This document shows, one piece after another, positions 41,901 through 55,900 of a stretch of 64,000 nt of DNA. Position 1 is the stretch's first letter, and the number at the start of each line of letters is the position of its first letter. Both the position numbers and the translations under genes were made by a program. This DNA comes from the human T2T-CHM13v2.0 reference genome, Homo sapiens. Where the stretch lies: assembly GCF_009914755.1 (NCBI RefSeq), contig NC_060948.1, one strand, 5' to 3'. The notes beneath the pieces are model-generated. The model was not told where the DNA came from and searched no databases. It saw only the letters and a list, made by a program, of their open reading frames with translations.

Positions 41901-44900
41901 TGGGACCGAATACAATGGAATATACTGGAATGTAATGTAATGAACTCGAATGTAATTGACTGGAATGGAATGTACATGAATGGAATGTAATCGAATGGAA
42001 AGCAATCCAATGGAATAGAATCTAATGCAATAAAATCGACTCAAATAGAGTAGAATGTAATGGAATGGAGTGCAGTGCAATGGAATGGAATGGAATGGAA
42101 TGCAATGGAATGGAATGGAATGGAATGGAATGAGATGGAATGGTATGGAATGGATAGTAATGGACTGGAGTGAAATGGACTGGAAAAGAATGGACTCAAA
42201 TTGAAAGGGCTCGAAAGGAATGGAGTCAAATGGAATGGTCTGGAATGGAATGAACACGAATGTAATGCAATCCAATGGAATGGAATCGAATGGCATGGAA
42301 TATAAAGAAATGGAATCGAAGAGAATGGAAACAAATGGAATGGAATTGAATGGAATGGAATTGAATGGAATGGGAACGAATGGAGTGAAATTGTATGCAG
42401 TAGAAGAGAATAGAATGGAATGCAAGCGAAAGGAAAGGAATGGATTGGAATGGAATGGAATTCATTGGAATGGAAGGGAATGTAGTGTAATGGACAGGCC
42501 TGGAATAAAGTGGAATGCTACGGTCTCGAATGGAATAAAAATGTATGGAATGGAATGCAATGAAACGGAATCGAATGTCATAGAATGTAATGGAATGCAA
42601 AAAAATGGAATCCAAAATCATTGACTGGAAAGGCTGGGTGTCGAAAGGAATTGACTCCAATGGAATGGAATCGAATGGAATGGAAGTGAATAGAATGGAA
42701 CTAAATCGAATGGAATGGAATTCATAGGAACGGAATGGAAAGGAATGCAATGATTTGGCATGGAATGGAATCGAATGGCATCGAATGGAATGGAATGGAA
42801 TGCAATGGAATGGAATGTATTAGAATGTAATGAACTTTAATGGAATGTACTCGAATGGATTCGACTGGAATGGAATGTTCTCGAAGTGAATGGACTCCAA
42901 TGGAATGGATTCGAAAGGAATGGAATCTAATGGAATGGAATTAAATGGAAATGAATCAAATTGAATAGAACGGAATTGAATTGAATGGAATCGAATGCAA
43001 TGGAATCTAATGAAACGGAAAGGAAAGGAATGGAATGGATTGGAATGGAATGGGCTGGAATGGAATGGAATCGAAACGAATGGAATGGAATCGAACTGAA
43101 GAGACTGGAATGGAATGCACTGGAATGGAAGGGAATGTAATGGAAGGTTCTCGAAAAAAATGGAATCGAAAGGAATGGAATTGAATGGAACGGAATAGAG
43201 TCGAATGGAATTCAATGGAATGGAATGGACTAGAGTGAAATGGAATCGAACCACAAGGAATGGACAGGAATAGAATGGTCTCGAATTGAATGGAATCGTA
43301 TGGAATGGCATCAATCAGAATGGAATGGACAGCCACGGAATGGAATGGACACCCACGGAATGGAATGCACTCGAATGCAATGGAGTCGACACTAATGGAC
43401 TGGAATAGAATGGACTCGACTGATACGGACTCCAATGGAATGGAATCGAATGGAAGGGAATCGAACGGAATGGACTCGAAGGAAAAAGACTGCAATGGAA
43501 AGGTCTCCAATGGAATGGAAATTAATGGAATGGAATGGAATCGAATGAAATGGAGTCAAAAGGAATGGAATCGAATGGCAAGAAATCGAATGTAATGGAA
43601 TCGCAAGGAATTGATGTGAACGGAACGGAATGGAATGGAATCCAAAGGAATGGAATAGAATGGAATGGAATCGAATGGAAAGGACTCGAATGGACATCAC
43701 TCGAATTGAATGCAATTTAATAAAATAGGATCAAATGTAATGGAATGGAATGGAAAGGAATCGAAACGAAAGGAATGGAGACAGATGGAATGGAATGGAA
43801 CAGAGAGCAATGGTATAGAATGGAATGGAATCATCTGGAATGGAATTGAATGGAATGGAATAACATGAAATGGACTGGAATGGAATGGAATGCCCTTGAA
43901 TTAAATGGACTGGAATGGAATGGACTCGAACAGAGTGGAATGGAAAGTGTTGAAATAGAATGGAATGGACTCGTTTGGAATGGTCTAGTATGCAATGCAA
44001 TCGACTGGCAGGGAATCAAAAGGAATGTAATCGAATGGATTGGACTGGAATGCAATGGACTCGAATAGATTGGAAACGGAAAGCAAAGGAATGGAATGGA
44101 ATAGTATGGAATGGAATGGAAAGGAATGGAGTGGAATAGACTAGAGTGGAATGGAATGGACTCGAAAGCAATGGACTGGAATGGAACTTTCTTGAATGGA
44201 CTGGAATCAAACGGAATGGAATGCAATGCAATCAAATGGCATGGAATAAAATAGAATGAAAGAGATTGAAATGGAATTGAATCGAATGGAATCGAATGGA
44301 TTGGAAAGGAATAGAATGGAATGGAATGGAATTGACTCAAATGGAATGGACTAGAATGGAATGGATTCGAATGGAAGGCAAAGGAATGGAATCTATTGGA
44401 ATGGACTGTAATGGAATGGAATGGAAGGGATTGGAATGGACTCGAATGGAATGGACTGCAATAGAAAGGATTCGAATGGAATGAAAAAGAATTGAATGGA
44501 ATAGAACAGAATGGAATCAAATCGAATGAAATGGAATGGAATAGAAAGGAATGGAATGAAATGGAATGGAAAGGATTCGAATGGAATGCAATCGAATGGA
44601 ATGCAATCTAATGGAATGGAATCGAACGGAATGGAATAAAATGGAAGAAAACTGGCAAGAAATGGAGTCGAAATGAATGGAGTGTTATGGAACCGACTCA
44701 AAAGGAATTGAATGTAATAGAATGGAGTGGAGTGGACTCGAATATAATGGACTGGAATGGAATGAAATCACATGGAATGGGAACGAATGGAATGGAATGG
44801 AAAGGAATGGAATCGAATGGAAAGGAATCGAATGGAAGGGAATGAAATTGAATCAACAGGAATGGAAGGGAGTAGAATAGACGGTAATGGAATGGACTCG

Positions 44901-46054
44901 AATAGAATGGACACGAATGCTCAAATTGAATGGACTCGAATGGAATGGAAACGAAAGGAATGTCATCGAATGGAATTGAATCGATTGGAATGAAATCACA
45001 TAGAATGGAGTGGAATCAAATGGAATTGAATCGAAAGGAAAGGAAGCGAATGGACTGAAATGAAATGGAATGGAATTGAATGGAAATTAATGCAATGGAA
45101 TAGAATGGAACGAAATTTCACGGAATGGAATCAAACTGAATGGAATCAAATCAATGGAATCTAATCAAATGGAATGGAAAGGAATTGAATGGAGTAGATT
45201 GGATTGGATGGGATTGGAATGAAATGTACTGGAAAGGACTCGAATTTCATGAAACGGAATGGAATGAATTAGAACGGAATGGACTCGAATGGAATGGAAT
45301 GTCATGGAATGGCATCAAATGGAATGGAATCGAATGCGATGGAATGCTATGGAATGGAATGGAATGCATTGGAATGGAATGTCCTCTAATGGAATGTATT
45401 CGAGTGGAATGGAATCGAATATAATGGAGTCTAATGAAATGGAATTGAAAGGAATGGGACCGAATACAATGGAATATACTGGAATGTAATGTAATGAACT
45501 CGAATGTAATTGACTGGAATGGAATGTACATGAATGGAATGTAATCGAATGGAAAGCAATCCAATGGAATAGAATCTAATGCAATAAAATCGACTCAAAT
45601 AGAGTAGAATGTAATGGAATGGAGTGCAGTGCAATGGAATGGAATGGAATGGAATGGAATGGAATGGAATGGAATGGAATGGAATGGAATGAGATGGAAT
45701 GGTATGGAATGGATAGTAATGGACTGGAGTGAAATGGACTGGAAAAGAATGGACTCAAATTGAAAGGGCTCGAAAGGAATGGAGTCAAATGGAATGGTCT
45801 GGAATGGAATGAACACGAATGTAATGCAATCCAATGGAATGGAATCGAATGGCATGGAATATAAAGAAATGGAATCGAAGAGAATGGAAACAAATGGAAT
45901 GGAATTGAATGGAATGGAATTGAATGGAATGGGAACGAATGGAGTGAAATTGTATGCAGTAGAAGAGAATAGAATGGAATGCAAGCGAAAGGAAAGGAAT
46001 GGATTGGAATGGAATGGAATTCATTGGAATGGAAGGGAATGTAGTGTAATGGAC
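38942..46054 (+). repeat. Near-identical tandem pair U12/U13 (recent single-unit duplication, offset 3554 bp)
   Basis: Variants shared only by these two units: GAATTCATAGG, GACTGATACGG, GAAGGAAAAAGAC, GGACATCACTCGAATTG, GCAATCTAATGG and TGAGATGG. Confidence 0.85.
45636..45690 (+). repeat. Perfect (GGAAT)11 tract, the longest pure run I noticed
   Basis: 55 bp of uninterrupted GGAAT between GCAGTGCAAT and GAGATGG in U13; the internal GCAAT seen in neighbouring units is absent. Confidence 0.85.
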
Positions 46055-49000
46055 AGGTCTGGAATAAAGTGGAATGCTACGGTCTCGAATGGAATAAAAA
46101 TGTATGGAATGGAATGCAATGAAACGGAATCGAATGTCATAGAATGTAATGGAATGCAAAAAAATGGACTCCAAAATCATTGACTGGAAAGGCTGGGTGT
46201 CGAAAGGAATTGACTCCAATGGAATGGAAGTGAATAGAATGGAACTAAATCGAATGGAATGGAATTGATAGGAACGGAATGGAAAGGAATGCAATGATTT
46301 GGCATGGAATGGAATCGAATGGCATCGAATGGAATGGAATGGAATGCAATGGAATGGAATGTATTAGAATGTAATGAACTTTAATGGAATGTACTCGAAT
46401 GGATTCGACTGGAATGGAATGTTCTCGAAGTGAATGGACTCCAATGGAATGGATTCGAAAGGAATGGAATCTAATGGAATGGAATTAAATGGAAATGAAT
46501 CAAATTGAATAGAACGGAATTGAATTGAATGGAATCGAATGCAATGGAATCTAATGAAACGGAAAGGAAAGGAATGGAATGGATTGGAATGGAATGGGCT
46601 GTAATGGAATGGAATCGAAACGAATGGAATGGAATCGAACTGAAGAGACTGGAATGGAATGCACTGGAATGGAAGGGAATGTAATGGAAGGTTCTCGAAA
46701 AAAATGGAATCGAAAGGAATGGAATTGAATGGAACGGAATAGAGTCGAATGGAATTCAATGGAATGGAATGGACTAGAGTGAAATGGAATCGAACCACAA
46801 GTAATGGACAGGAATAGAATGGTCTCGAATTGAATGGAATCGTATGGAATGGCATCAAACGGAATGGAATGGACAGCCACGGAATGGAATGGACACCCAC
46901 GGAATGGAATGCACTCGAATGCAATGGAGTCGACACTAATGGACTGGAATAGAATGGACTCGACTGGTACGGACTCCAATGGAATGGAATCGAATGGAAG
47001 GGAATCGAACGGAATGGACTCGAAGGGAAAAGACTGCAATGGAAAGGTCTCCAATGGAATGGAAATTAATGGAATGGAATGGAATCGAATGAAATGGAGT
47101 CAAAAGGAATGGAATCGAATGGCAAGAAATCGAATGTAATGGAATCGCAAGGAATGGATGTGAACGGAACGGAATGGAATGGAATCCAAAGGAATGGAAT
47201 AGAATGGAATGGAATCGAATGGAAAGGACTCGAATGGAAATCACTCGAATAGAATGCAATTTAATAAAATAGGATCAAATGTAATGGAATGGAATGGAAA
47301 GGAATCGAAACGAAAGGAATGGAGACAGATGGAATGGAATGGAACAGAGAGCAATGGTATAGAATGGAATGGAATCATCTGGAATGGAATTGAATGGAAT
47401 GGAATAATATGAAATGGAATGGAATGGAATGGAATGCCCTTGAATTAAATGGACTGGAATGGAATGGACTCGAACAGAGTGGAATGGAAAGTGTTGAAAT
47501 AGAATGGAATGGACTCGTTTGGAATGGTCTAGTATGCAATGCAATCGACTGGCAGGGAATCAAAAGGAATGTAATCGAATGGATTGGACTGGAATGCAAT
47601 GGACTCGAATAGATTGGAAACGGAAAGCAAAGGAATGGAATGGAATAGTATGGAATGGAATGGAAAGGAATGGAGTGGAATAGACTAGAGTGGAATGGAA
47701 TGGACTGGAAAGCAATGGACTGGAATGGAACTTTCTTGAATGGACTGGAATCAAACGGAATGGAATGCAATGCAATCAAATGGCATGGAATAAAATAGAA
47801 TGAAAGAGAATCAAATGGAATTGAATCGAATGGAATCGAATGGATTGGAAAGGAATAGAATGGAATGGAACGGAATTGACTCAAATGGAATGGACTAGAA
47901 TGGAATGGATTCGAATGGAAGGCAAAGGAATGGAATCTATTGGAATGGACTGTAATGGAATGGAATGGAAGGGATTGGAATGGACTCGAATGGAATGGAC
48001 TGCCATAGAAAGGATTCGAATGGAATGAAAAAGAATTGAATGGAATAGAACAGAATGGAATCAAATCGAATGAAATGGAATGGAATAGAAAGGAATGGAG
48101 TGAAATGGAATGGAAAGGATTCGAATGGAATGCAATCGAATGGAATGCAATCGAATGGAATGGAATCGAACGGAATGGAATAAAATGGAAGAAAACTGGC
48201 AAGAAATGGAATCGAAATGAACGGAGTGTTATGGAACGGACTCAAAAGGAATTGAATGTAATAGAATGGAGTGGAGTGGACTCGAATATAATGGACTGGA
48301 ATGGAATGAAATCACATGGAATGGGAACGAATGGAATGGAATGGAAAGGAATGGAATCGAATGGAAAGGAATCGAATGGAAGGGAATGAAATTGAATCAA
48401 CAGGAATGGAAGGGAGTAGAATAGACGGTAATGGAATGGACTCGAATAGAATGGACACGAATGCTCAAATTGAATGGACTCGAATGGAATGGAAACGAAA
48501 GGAATGTCATCGAATGGAATTGAATCGATTGGAATGAAATCACATAGAATGGAGTGGAATCAAATGGAATTGAATCGAAAGGAAAGGAAGCGAATGGACT
48601 GAAATGAAATGGAATGGAATTGAATGGAAATTAATGCAATGGAATAGAATGGAACGAAATTTCACGGAATGGAATCAAACTGAATGGAATCAAATCAATG
48701 GAATATAATCAAATGGAATGGAAAGGAATTGAATGGAGTAGATTGGATTGGATGGGATTGGAATGAAATGTACTGGAAAGGACTCGAATTTCATGAAACG
48801 GAATGGAATGAATTAGAACGGAATGGACTCGAATGGAATGGAATGTCATGGAATGGCATCAAATGGAATGGAATCGAATGCGATGGAATGCTATGGAATG
48901 GAATGGAATGCATTGGAATGGAATGTCCTCTAATGGAATGTATTCGAGTGGAATGGAATCGAATATAATGGAGTCTAATGAAATGGAATTGAAAGGAATG

Positions 49001-49959
49001 GGACCGAATACAATGGAATATACTGGAATGTAATGTAATGAACTCGAATGTAATTGACTGGAATGGAATGTACATGAATGGAATGTAATCGAATGGAAAG
49101 CAATCCAATGGAATAGAATCTAATGCAATAAAATCGACTCAAATAGAGTAGAATGTAATGGAATGGAGTGCAGTGCAATGGAATGGAATGGAATGGAATG
49201 CAATGGAATGGAATGGAATGGGATGGAATGGTATGGAATGGATAGTAATGGACTGGAGTGAAATGGACTGGAAAAGAATGGACTCAAATTGAAAGGGCTC
49301 GAAAGGAATGGAGTCAAATGGAATGGTCTGGAATGGAATGAACACGAATGTAATGCAATCCAATAGAATGGAATCGAATGGCATGGAATATAAAGAAATG
49401 GAATCGAAGAGAATGGAAACAAATGGAATGGAATTGAATGGAATGGAATTGAATGGAATGGGAACGAATGGAGTGAAATTGTATGCAGTAGAAGAGAATA
49501 GAATGGAATGCAAGCGAAAGGAAAGGAATGGATTGGAATGGAATGGAATTCATTGGAATGGAAGGGAATGTAGTGTAATGGACAGGCCTGGAATAAAGTG
49601 GAATGCTACGGTCTCGAATGGAATAAAAATGTATGGAATGGAATGCAATGAAACGGAATCGAATGTCATAGAATGTAATGGAATGCAAAAAAATGGACTC
49701 CAAAATCATTGACTGGAAAGGCTGGGTGTCGAAAGGAATTGACTCCAATGGAATGGAATCGAATGGAATGGAAGTGAATAGAATGGAACTAAATCGAATG
49801 GAATGGAATTGATAGGAACGGAATGGAAAGGAATGCAATGATTTGGCATGGAATGGAATCGAATGGCATCGAATGGAATGGAATGGAATGCAATGGAATG
49901 GAATGTATTAGAATGTAATGAACTTTAATGGAATGTACTCGAATGGATTCGACTGGAAT

Positions 49960-52900
49960 GGAATGTTCTTGAAGTGAATGGACTCCAATGGAATGGATTC
50001 GAAAGGAATGGAATCTAATGGAATGGAATTAAATGGAAATGAATCAAATTGAATAGAACGGAATTGAATTGAATGGAATCGAATGCAATGGAATGTAATG
50101 AAACGGAAAGGAAAGGAATGGAATGGAATGGAATGGGCTGGAATGGAAAGGAATCGAAACGAATGGAATGGAATCGAACTGAAGAGACTGGAATGGAATG
50201 CACTGGAATGGAAGGGAATGTAATGGAAGGTTCTCGAAAAAAATGGAATCGAAAGGAATGGAATTGAATGGAACGGAATAGAGTCGAATGGAATTCAATG
50301 GAATGGAATGGACTAGAGTGAAATGGAATCGAACCACAAGGAATGGACAGGAATAGAATGGTCTCGAATTGAATGGAATCGTATGGAATGGCATCAAACG
50401 GAATGGAATGGACAGCCACGGAATGGAATGCACTCGAATGCAATGGAGTCGAAACTAATGGACTGGAATAGAATGGACTCGACTGGTACGGACTCCAATG
50501 GAATGGAATCGAATGGAAGGGAATCGAACGGAATGGACTCGAAGGGAAAAGACTGCAATGGAAAGGTCTCGAATGGAATGGAAATTAATGGAATCGAATG
50601 GAATCGAATGAAATGGAGTCAAAAGGAATGGAATCGAATGGCAAGAAATCGAATGTAATGGAATCGCAAGGAATTGATGTGAACGGAACGGAATGGAATG
50701 GAATCCAAAGGAATGGAATAGAATGGAATGGAATCGAATGGAAAGGACTCGAATGGCAATCACTCGAATAGATTGCAATTTAATAAAATAGGATCAAATG
50801 TAATGGAATGGAATGGAAAGGAATCGAAACGAAAGGAATGGAGACAGATGGAATGGAATGGAACAGAGAGCAATGGTATAGAATGGAATGGAATCATCTG
50901 GAATGGAATTGAATGGAATGGAATAATATGAAATGGAATGGAATGGAATGGAATGCCTTTGAATTAAATGGACTGGAATGGAATGGACTCGAACAGAGTG
51001 GAATGGAAAGTGTTGAGATAGAATGGAATGGACTCCTTTGGAATGGTCTAGTATGCAATGCAATCGACTGGCAGGGAATCAAAAGGAATGTAATCGAATG
51101 GATTGGACTGGAATGCAATGGACTCGAATAGATTGGAAACGGGATGCAAAGGAATGGAATGGAATAGTATGGAATGGAATGGAAAGGAATGGAGTGGAAT
51201 AGACTAGAGTGGAATGGAATGGACTGGAAAGCAATGGACTGGAATGGAACTTTCTTGAATGGACTGGAATCAAACGGAATGGAATGCAATGCAATCAAAT
51301 GGCATGGAATAAAATAGAATGAAAGAGAATCAAATGGAATTGAATCGAATGGAATCGAATGGATTGGAAAGGAATAGAATGGAATGGAATGGAATGGACT
51401 CAAATGGAATGGACTAGAATGGAATGGATTCGAATGGAAGGCAAAGGAATGGAATCTATTGGAATGGACTGTAATGGAATGGAATGGAAGGGATTGGAAT
51501 GGACTCGAATGGAATGGACTGCAATAGAAAGGATTCGAATGGAATGAAAAAGAATTGAATGGAATAGAACAGAATGGAATGAAATCGAATGAAATGGAAT
51601 GGAATAGAAAGGAATGGAATGAAATGGAATGGAAAGGATTCGAATGGAATGCAATCGAATGGAATGGAATCGAACGGAATGGAATAAAATGGAAGAAAAC
51701 TGGCAAGAAATGGAATCGAAATGAATGGAGTGTTATGGAACGGACTCAAAAGGAATTGAATGTAATAGAATGGAGTGGAGTGGACTCGAATATAATGGAC
51801 TGGAATGGAATGAAATCACATGGAATGGGAACGAATGGAATGGAATGGAAAGGAATGGAATCGAATGGAAAGGAATCGAATGGAAGGGAATGAAATTGAA
51901 TCAACAGGAATGGAAGGGAATAGAATAGACGGTAATGGAATGGACTCGAATAGAATGGACACGAATGCTCAAATTGAATGGACTCGAATGGAATGGAAAC
52001 GAAAGGAATGTCGTCGAATGGAATTGAATCGATTGGAATGAAATCGCATAGAATGGAGTGGAATCAAATGGAATTGAATCGAAAGGAAAGGAAGCGAATG
52101 GTCTGAAATGAAATGGAATGGAATTGAATGGAAAGTAATGCAAGGGAATAGAATGGAACGAAATTTCACGGAATGGAATCAAACTGAATGGAATCAAATC
52201 AATGGAATATAATCAAATGGCATGGAAAGGAATTGAATGGAGTAGATTGGATTGGATGGGATTGGAATGAAGTGTACTGGAAAGGACTCGAATTTCATGA
52301 AATGGAATGGAATGAACTGGAACGGAATGGACTCGAATGGAATGGAATGTCATGGAATGGCATCAAATGGAATGGCATCAAATGGAATGGAATCGAATGC
52401 AATGGAATGCTACGGAATGGAATGGAATGCATTGGAATGGAATGTCCCCTAATGGAATGGATTCGAGTGGAATGGAATCGAATATAATGGAGTCGAATGA
52501 AATGGAATTGAAAGGAAAGGGATCGAATACAATGGAATATACTGGAATGTAATGTAATGAACTCGAATGTAATTGACTAGAATGGAATGTACATGAATGG
52601 AATGTAATCGAATGGAAAATAATCTCATGGAATAGAATCTAATGCAATAAAATCGACTCAAATAGAATAGAATGGAATGGAGTGGAGTGCAGTGCAATGG
52701 AATGGAATGGAATGGAATGCAATGGAATGGAATGGAATGGGATGGAATGGTATGGGATGGATAGAAATGGACTGGAGTGAAATGGACTGGAAAGTAATGG
52801 ACTCAAATTGAAAGAGCTCGAAAGAATGGAGTCAAATGGAATGTTCTGGAATGGAATGAACACGAATGTAATGCAATCCAATAGAATGGAATCGAATGGC

Positions 52901-55900
52901 ATGGAATATAAAGAAATGGAATCGAAGAGAATGGAAACGAATGGAATGGAATTGAATGGAATGGGAACGAATGGAGTGAAATTGTATGCAGTAGAAGAGA
53001 ATAGAATGGAATGCAAGCGAAAGGAAAGGAATGGATTGGAATGGAATGGAATTCATTGGAATGGAAGGGAATGTAGTGTAATGGACAGGCCTGGAATAAA
53101 GTGGAATGCTACGGTCTCGAATGGAATAAAAATGTATGGAATGGAATGCAATGAAACGGAATCGAATGTCATAGAATGTAATGGAATGCAAAAAAATGGA
53201 ATCCAAAATCATTGACTGGAAAGGCTGGATGTCGAAAGGAATTGACTCCAATGGAATGGAATCGAATGGAATGGAAGTGAATAGAATGGAACTAAATCGA
53301 ATGGAATGGAATTGATAGGAACGGAATGGAAAGGAATGCAATGATTTGGCATGGAATGGAAACGAATGGTATCTAATGGAATGGAATGGAATGTAATGGA
53401 ATGGAATGTATTAGAATGTAATGAACTTTAATGGAATGTACTCGAATGGATTCGACTGGAATGGAATGTTCTGGAAGTGAATGGACTCCAATGGAATGGA
53501 TTGAAACGGAATGGAATCGTACGGAATGGAATCTAATGGAATGGAATTAAATGGAAATGAATCAAATTGAATAGAACGGAATTGAATTGAATGGAATGGA
53601 ATGCAATGGAATCTAATGAAACGGAAAGGAAAGGAATGGAATGGAATGGAATGGGCTGGAATGGAAAGGAATCGAAACGAATGGAATGGAATCGAACTGA
53701 AGAGACTGGAATGGAATGCACTGGAATGGAAGGGAGTGTAATGGAAGGTTCTCGAAAAAAATGGAATCGAATGGAATGGAATTGAATGGAACGGAATAGA
53801 GTCGAATGGAATTGAATGGAATGGAATGGACTAGAGTGAAATGGAATCGAACCACAAGGAATGGACAGGAATAGAATGGTCTCGAATTGAATGGAATCGT
53901 ATGGAATGGCATCAAACGGAATGGAATGGACAGCCACGGAATGGAATGCACTCGAATGCAATGGAGTCGAAACTAATGGATGGAATAGAATGGACTTGAC
54001 TGGTACGGACTCCAATGGAATGGAATCGAATGGAAGGGAATCGAACGGAATGGACTCGAAGGGAAAAGACTGCAATGGAAAGGTCTCCAATGGAATGGAA
54101 ATTAATGGAATGGAATGGAATCGAATGAAATGGAGTCAAAAGGAATGGAATCGAATGGCAAGAAATCGAATGTAATGGAATCGCAAGGAATTGATGTGAA
54201 CGGAACGGAATGGAATGGAATCCAAAGGAATGGAATAGAATGGAATGGAATCGAATGGAAAGGACACGAATGGAAATCACTCGAATAGAATGCAATTTAA
54301 TAAAATAGGATCAAATGTAATGGAATGCAATGGAAAGGAATCGAAACGAAAGGAATGGAGACAGATGGAATGGAATGGAACAGAGAGCAATGGTATAGAA
54401 TGGAATGGAATCATCTGGAATGGAATTGAATGGAATGGAATAATATGAAATGGAATGGAATGGAATGGAATGGAATGCCCTTGAATTAAATGGACTGGAA
54501 TGGAATGGACTCGAACAGAGTGGAATGGAAAGTGTTGAGATAGAATGGAATGGACTCCTTTGGAATGGTCTAGTATGCAATGCAATCGACTGGCAGGGAA
54601 TCAAAAGGAATGTAATGGAATGGATTGGACTGGAATGCAATGGACTCGAATAGATTGGAAACGGAATGCAAAGGAATGGAATGGAATAGTATGGAATGGA
54701 ATGGAAAGGAATGGAGTGGAATAGACTAGAGTGGAATGGAATGGACTGGAAAGCAATGGACTGGAATGGAACTTTCTTGAATGGACTGGAATCAAACGGA
54801 ATGGAATGCAATGCAATCAAATGGCATAGAATAAGATAGAATGAAAGAGAATCAAATGGAATTGAATGGAATGGAATCGAATGGATTGGAAAGGAATAGA
54901 ATGGAATGGAATGGAATTGACTCAAATGGAATGGACTAGAATGGAATGGATTCGAATGGAAGGCAAAGGAATGGAATCTATTGGAATGGACTGTAATGGA
55001 ATGCAATGGAAGGGATTGGAATGGACTCGAATGGAATGGACTGCAATAGAAAGGATACGAATGGAATGAAAAAGAATTGAATGGAATAGAACAGAATGGA
55101 AACAAATCGAATGAAATGGAATGGAATAGAAAGGAATGGAATGAAATGGAATGGAAAGGATTCGAATGGAATGCAAACGAATGGAATGGAATCGAACGGA
55201 ATGGAATAAAATGGAAGAAAACTGGCAAGAAATGGAATCGAAATGAATGGAGTGTTATGGAAGGGACTCAAAAGGAATTGAATGTAATAGAATGGAGTGG
55301 AGTGGACTCGAATATAATGGACTTGAATGGAATGAAATCACATGGAATGGGAACGAATGGAATGGAATGGAAAGGAATGGAATCGAATGGAAAGGAATCG
55401 AATGGAAGGGAATGAAATTGAACCAACAGGAATGGAAGGGAATAGAATAGATGGTAATGGAATGGACTCGAATAGAATGGACACGAATGCTCAAATTGAA
55501 TGGACTCGAATGGAATGGAAACGAAAGGAATGTCATCGAATGGAATTGAATCGATTGGAATGAAATCGCATAGAATGGAGTGGAATCAAATGGAATTGAA
55601 TCGAAAGGAAAGGAAGCGAATGGACTGAAATGAAATGGAATGGAATTGAATGGAAAGTAATGCAATGGAATAGAATGGAACGAAATTTCACGGAATGGAA
55701 TCAAACTGAATGGAATCAAATCAATGGAATCTAATCAAATGGAATGGAAAGGAATTGAATGGAGTAGATTGGATTGGATGGGATTGGAATGAAATGTACT
55801 GGAAAGGACTGGAATTTCATGAAACGGAATGGAATGAATTGGAACGGAATGGACTCGAATGGAATGGAATGTCATGGAATGGCATCAAATGGAATGGCAT

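Larger units (their letters stand above)
24766..49583 (+). repeat. Subfamily block U8-U14 carrying a 20-bp duplication (GACAGCCACGGAATGGAATG-GACACCCACGGAATGGAATG)
   Basis: The duplicated motif is at ~25610, 29130, 32680, 36236, 39775, 43330 and 46872, and again in U18 at ~60981. It is absent from U1-U7 and U15-U17. Confidence 0.9.
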
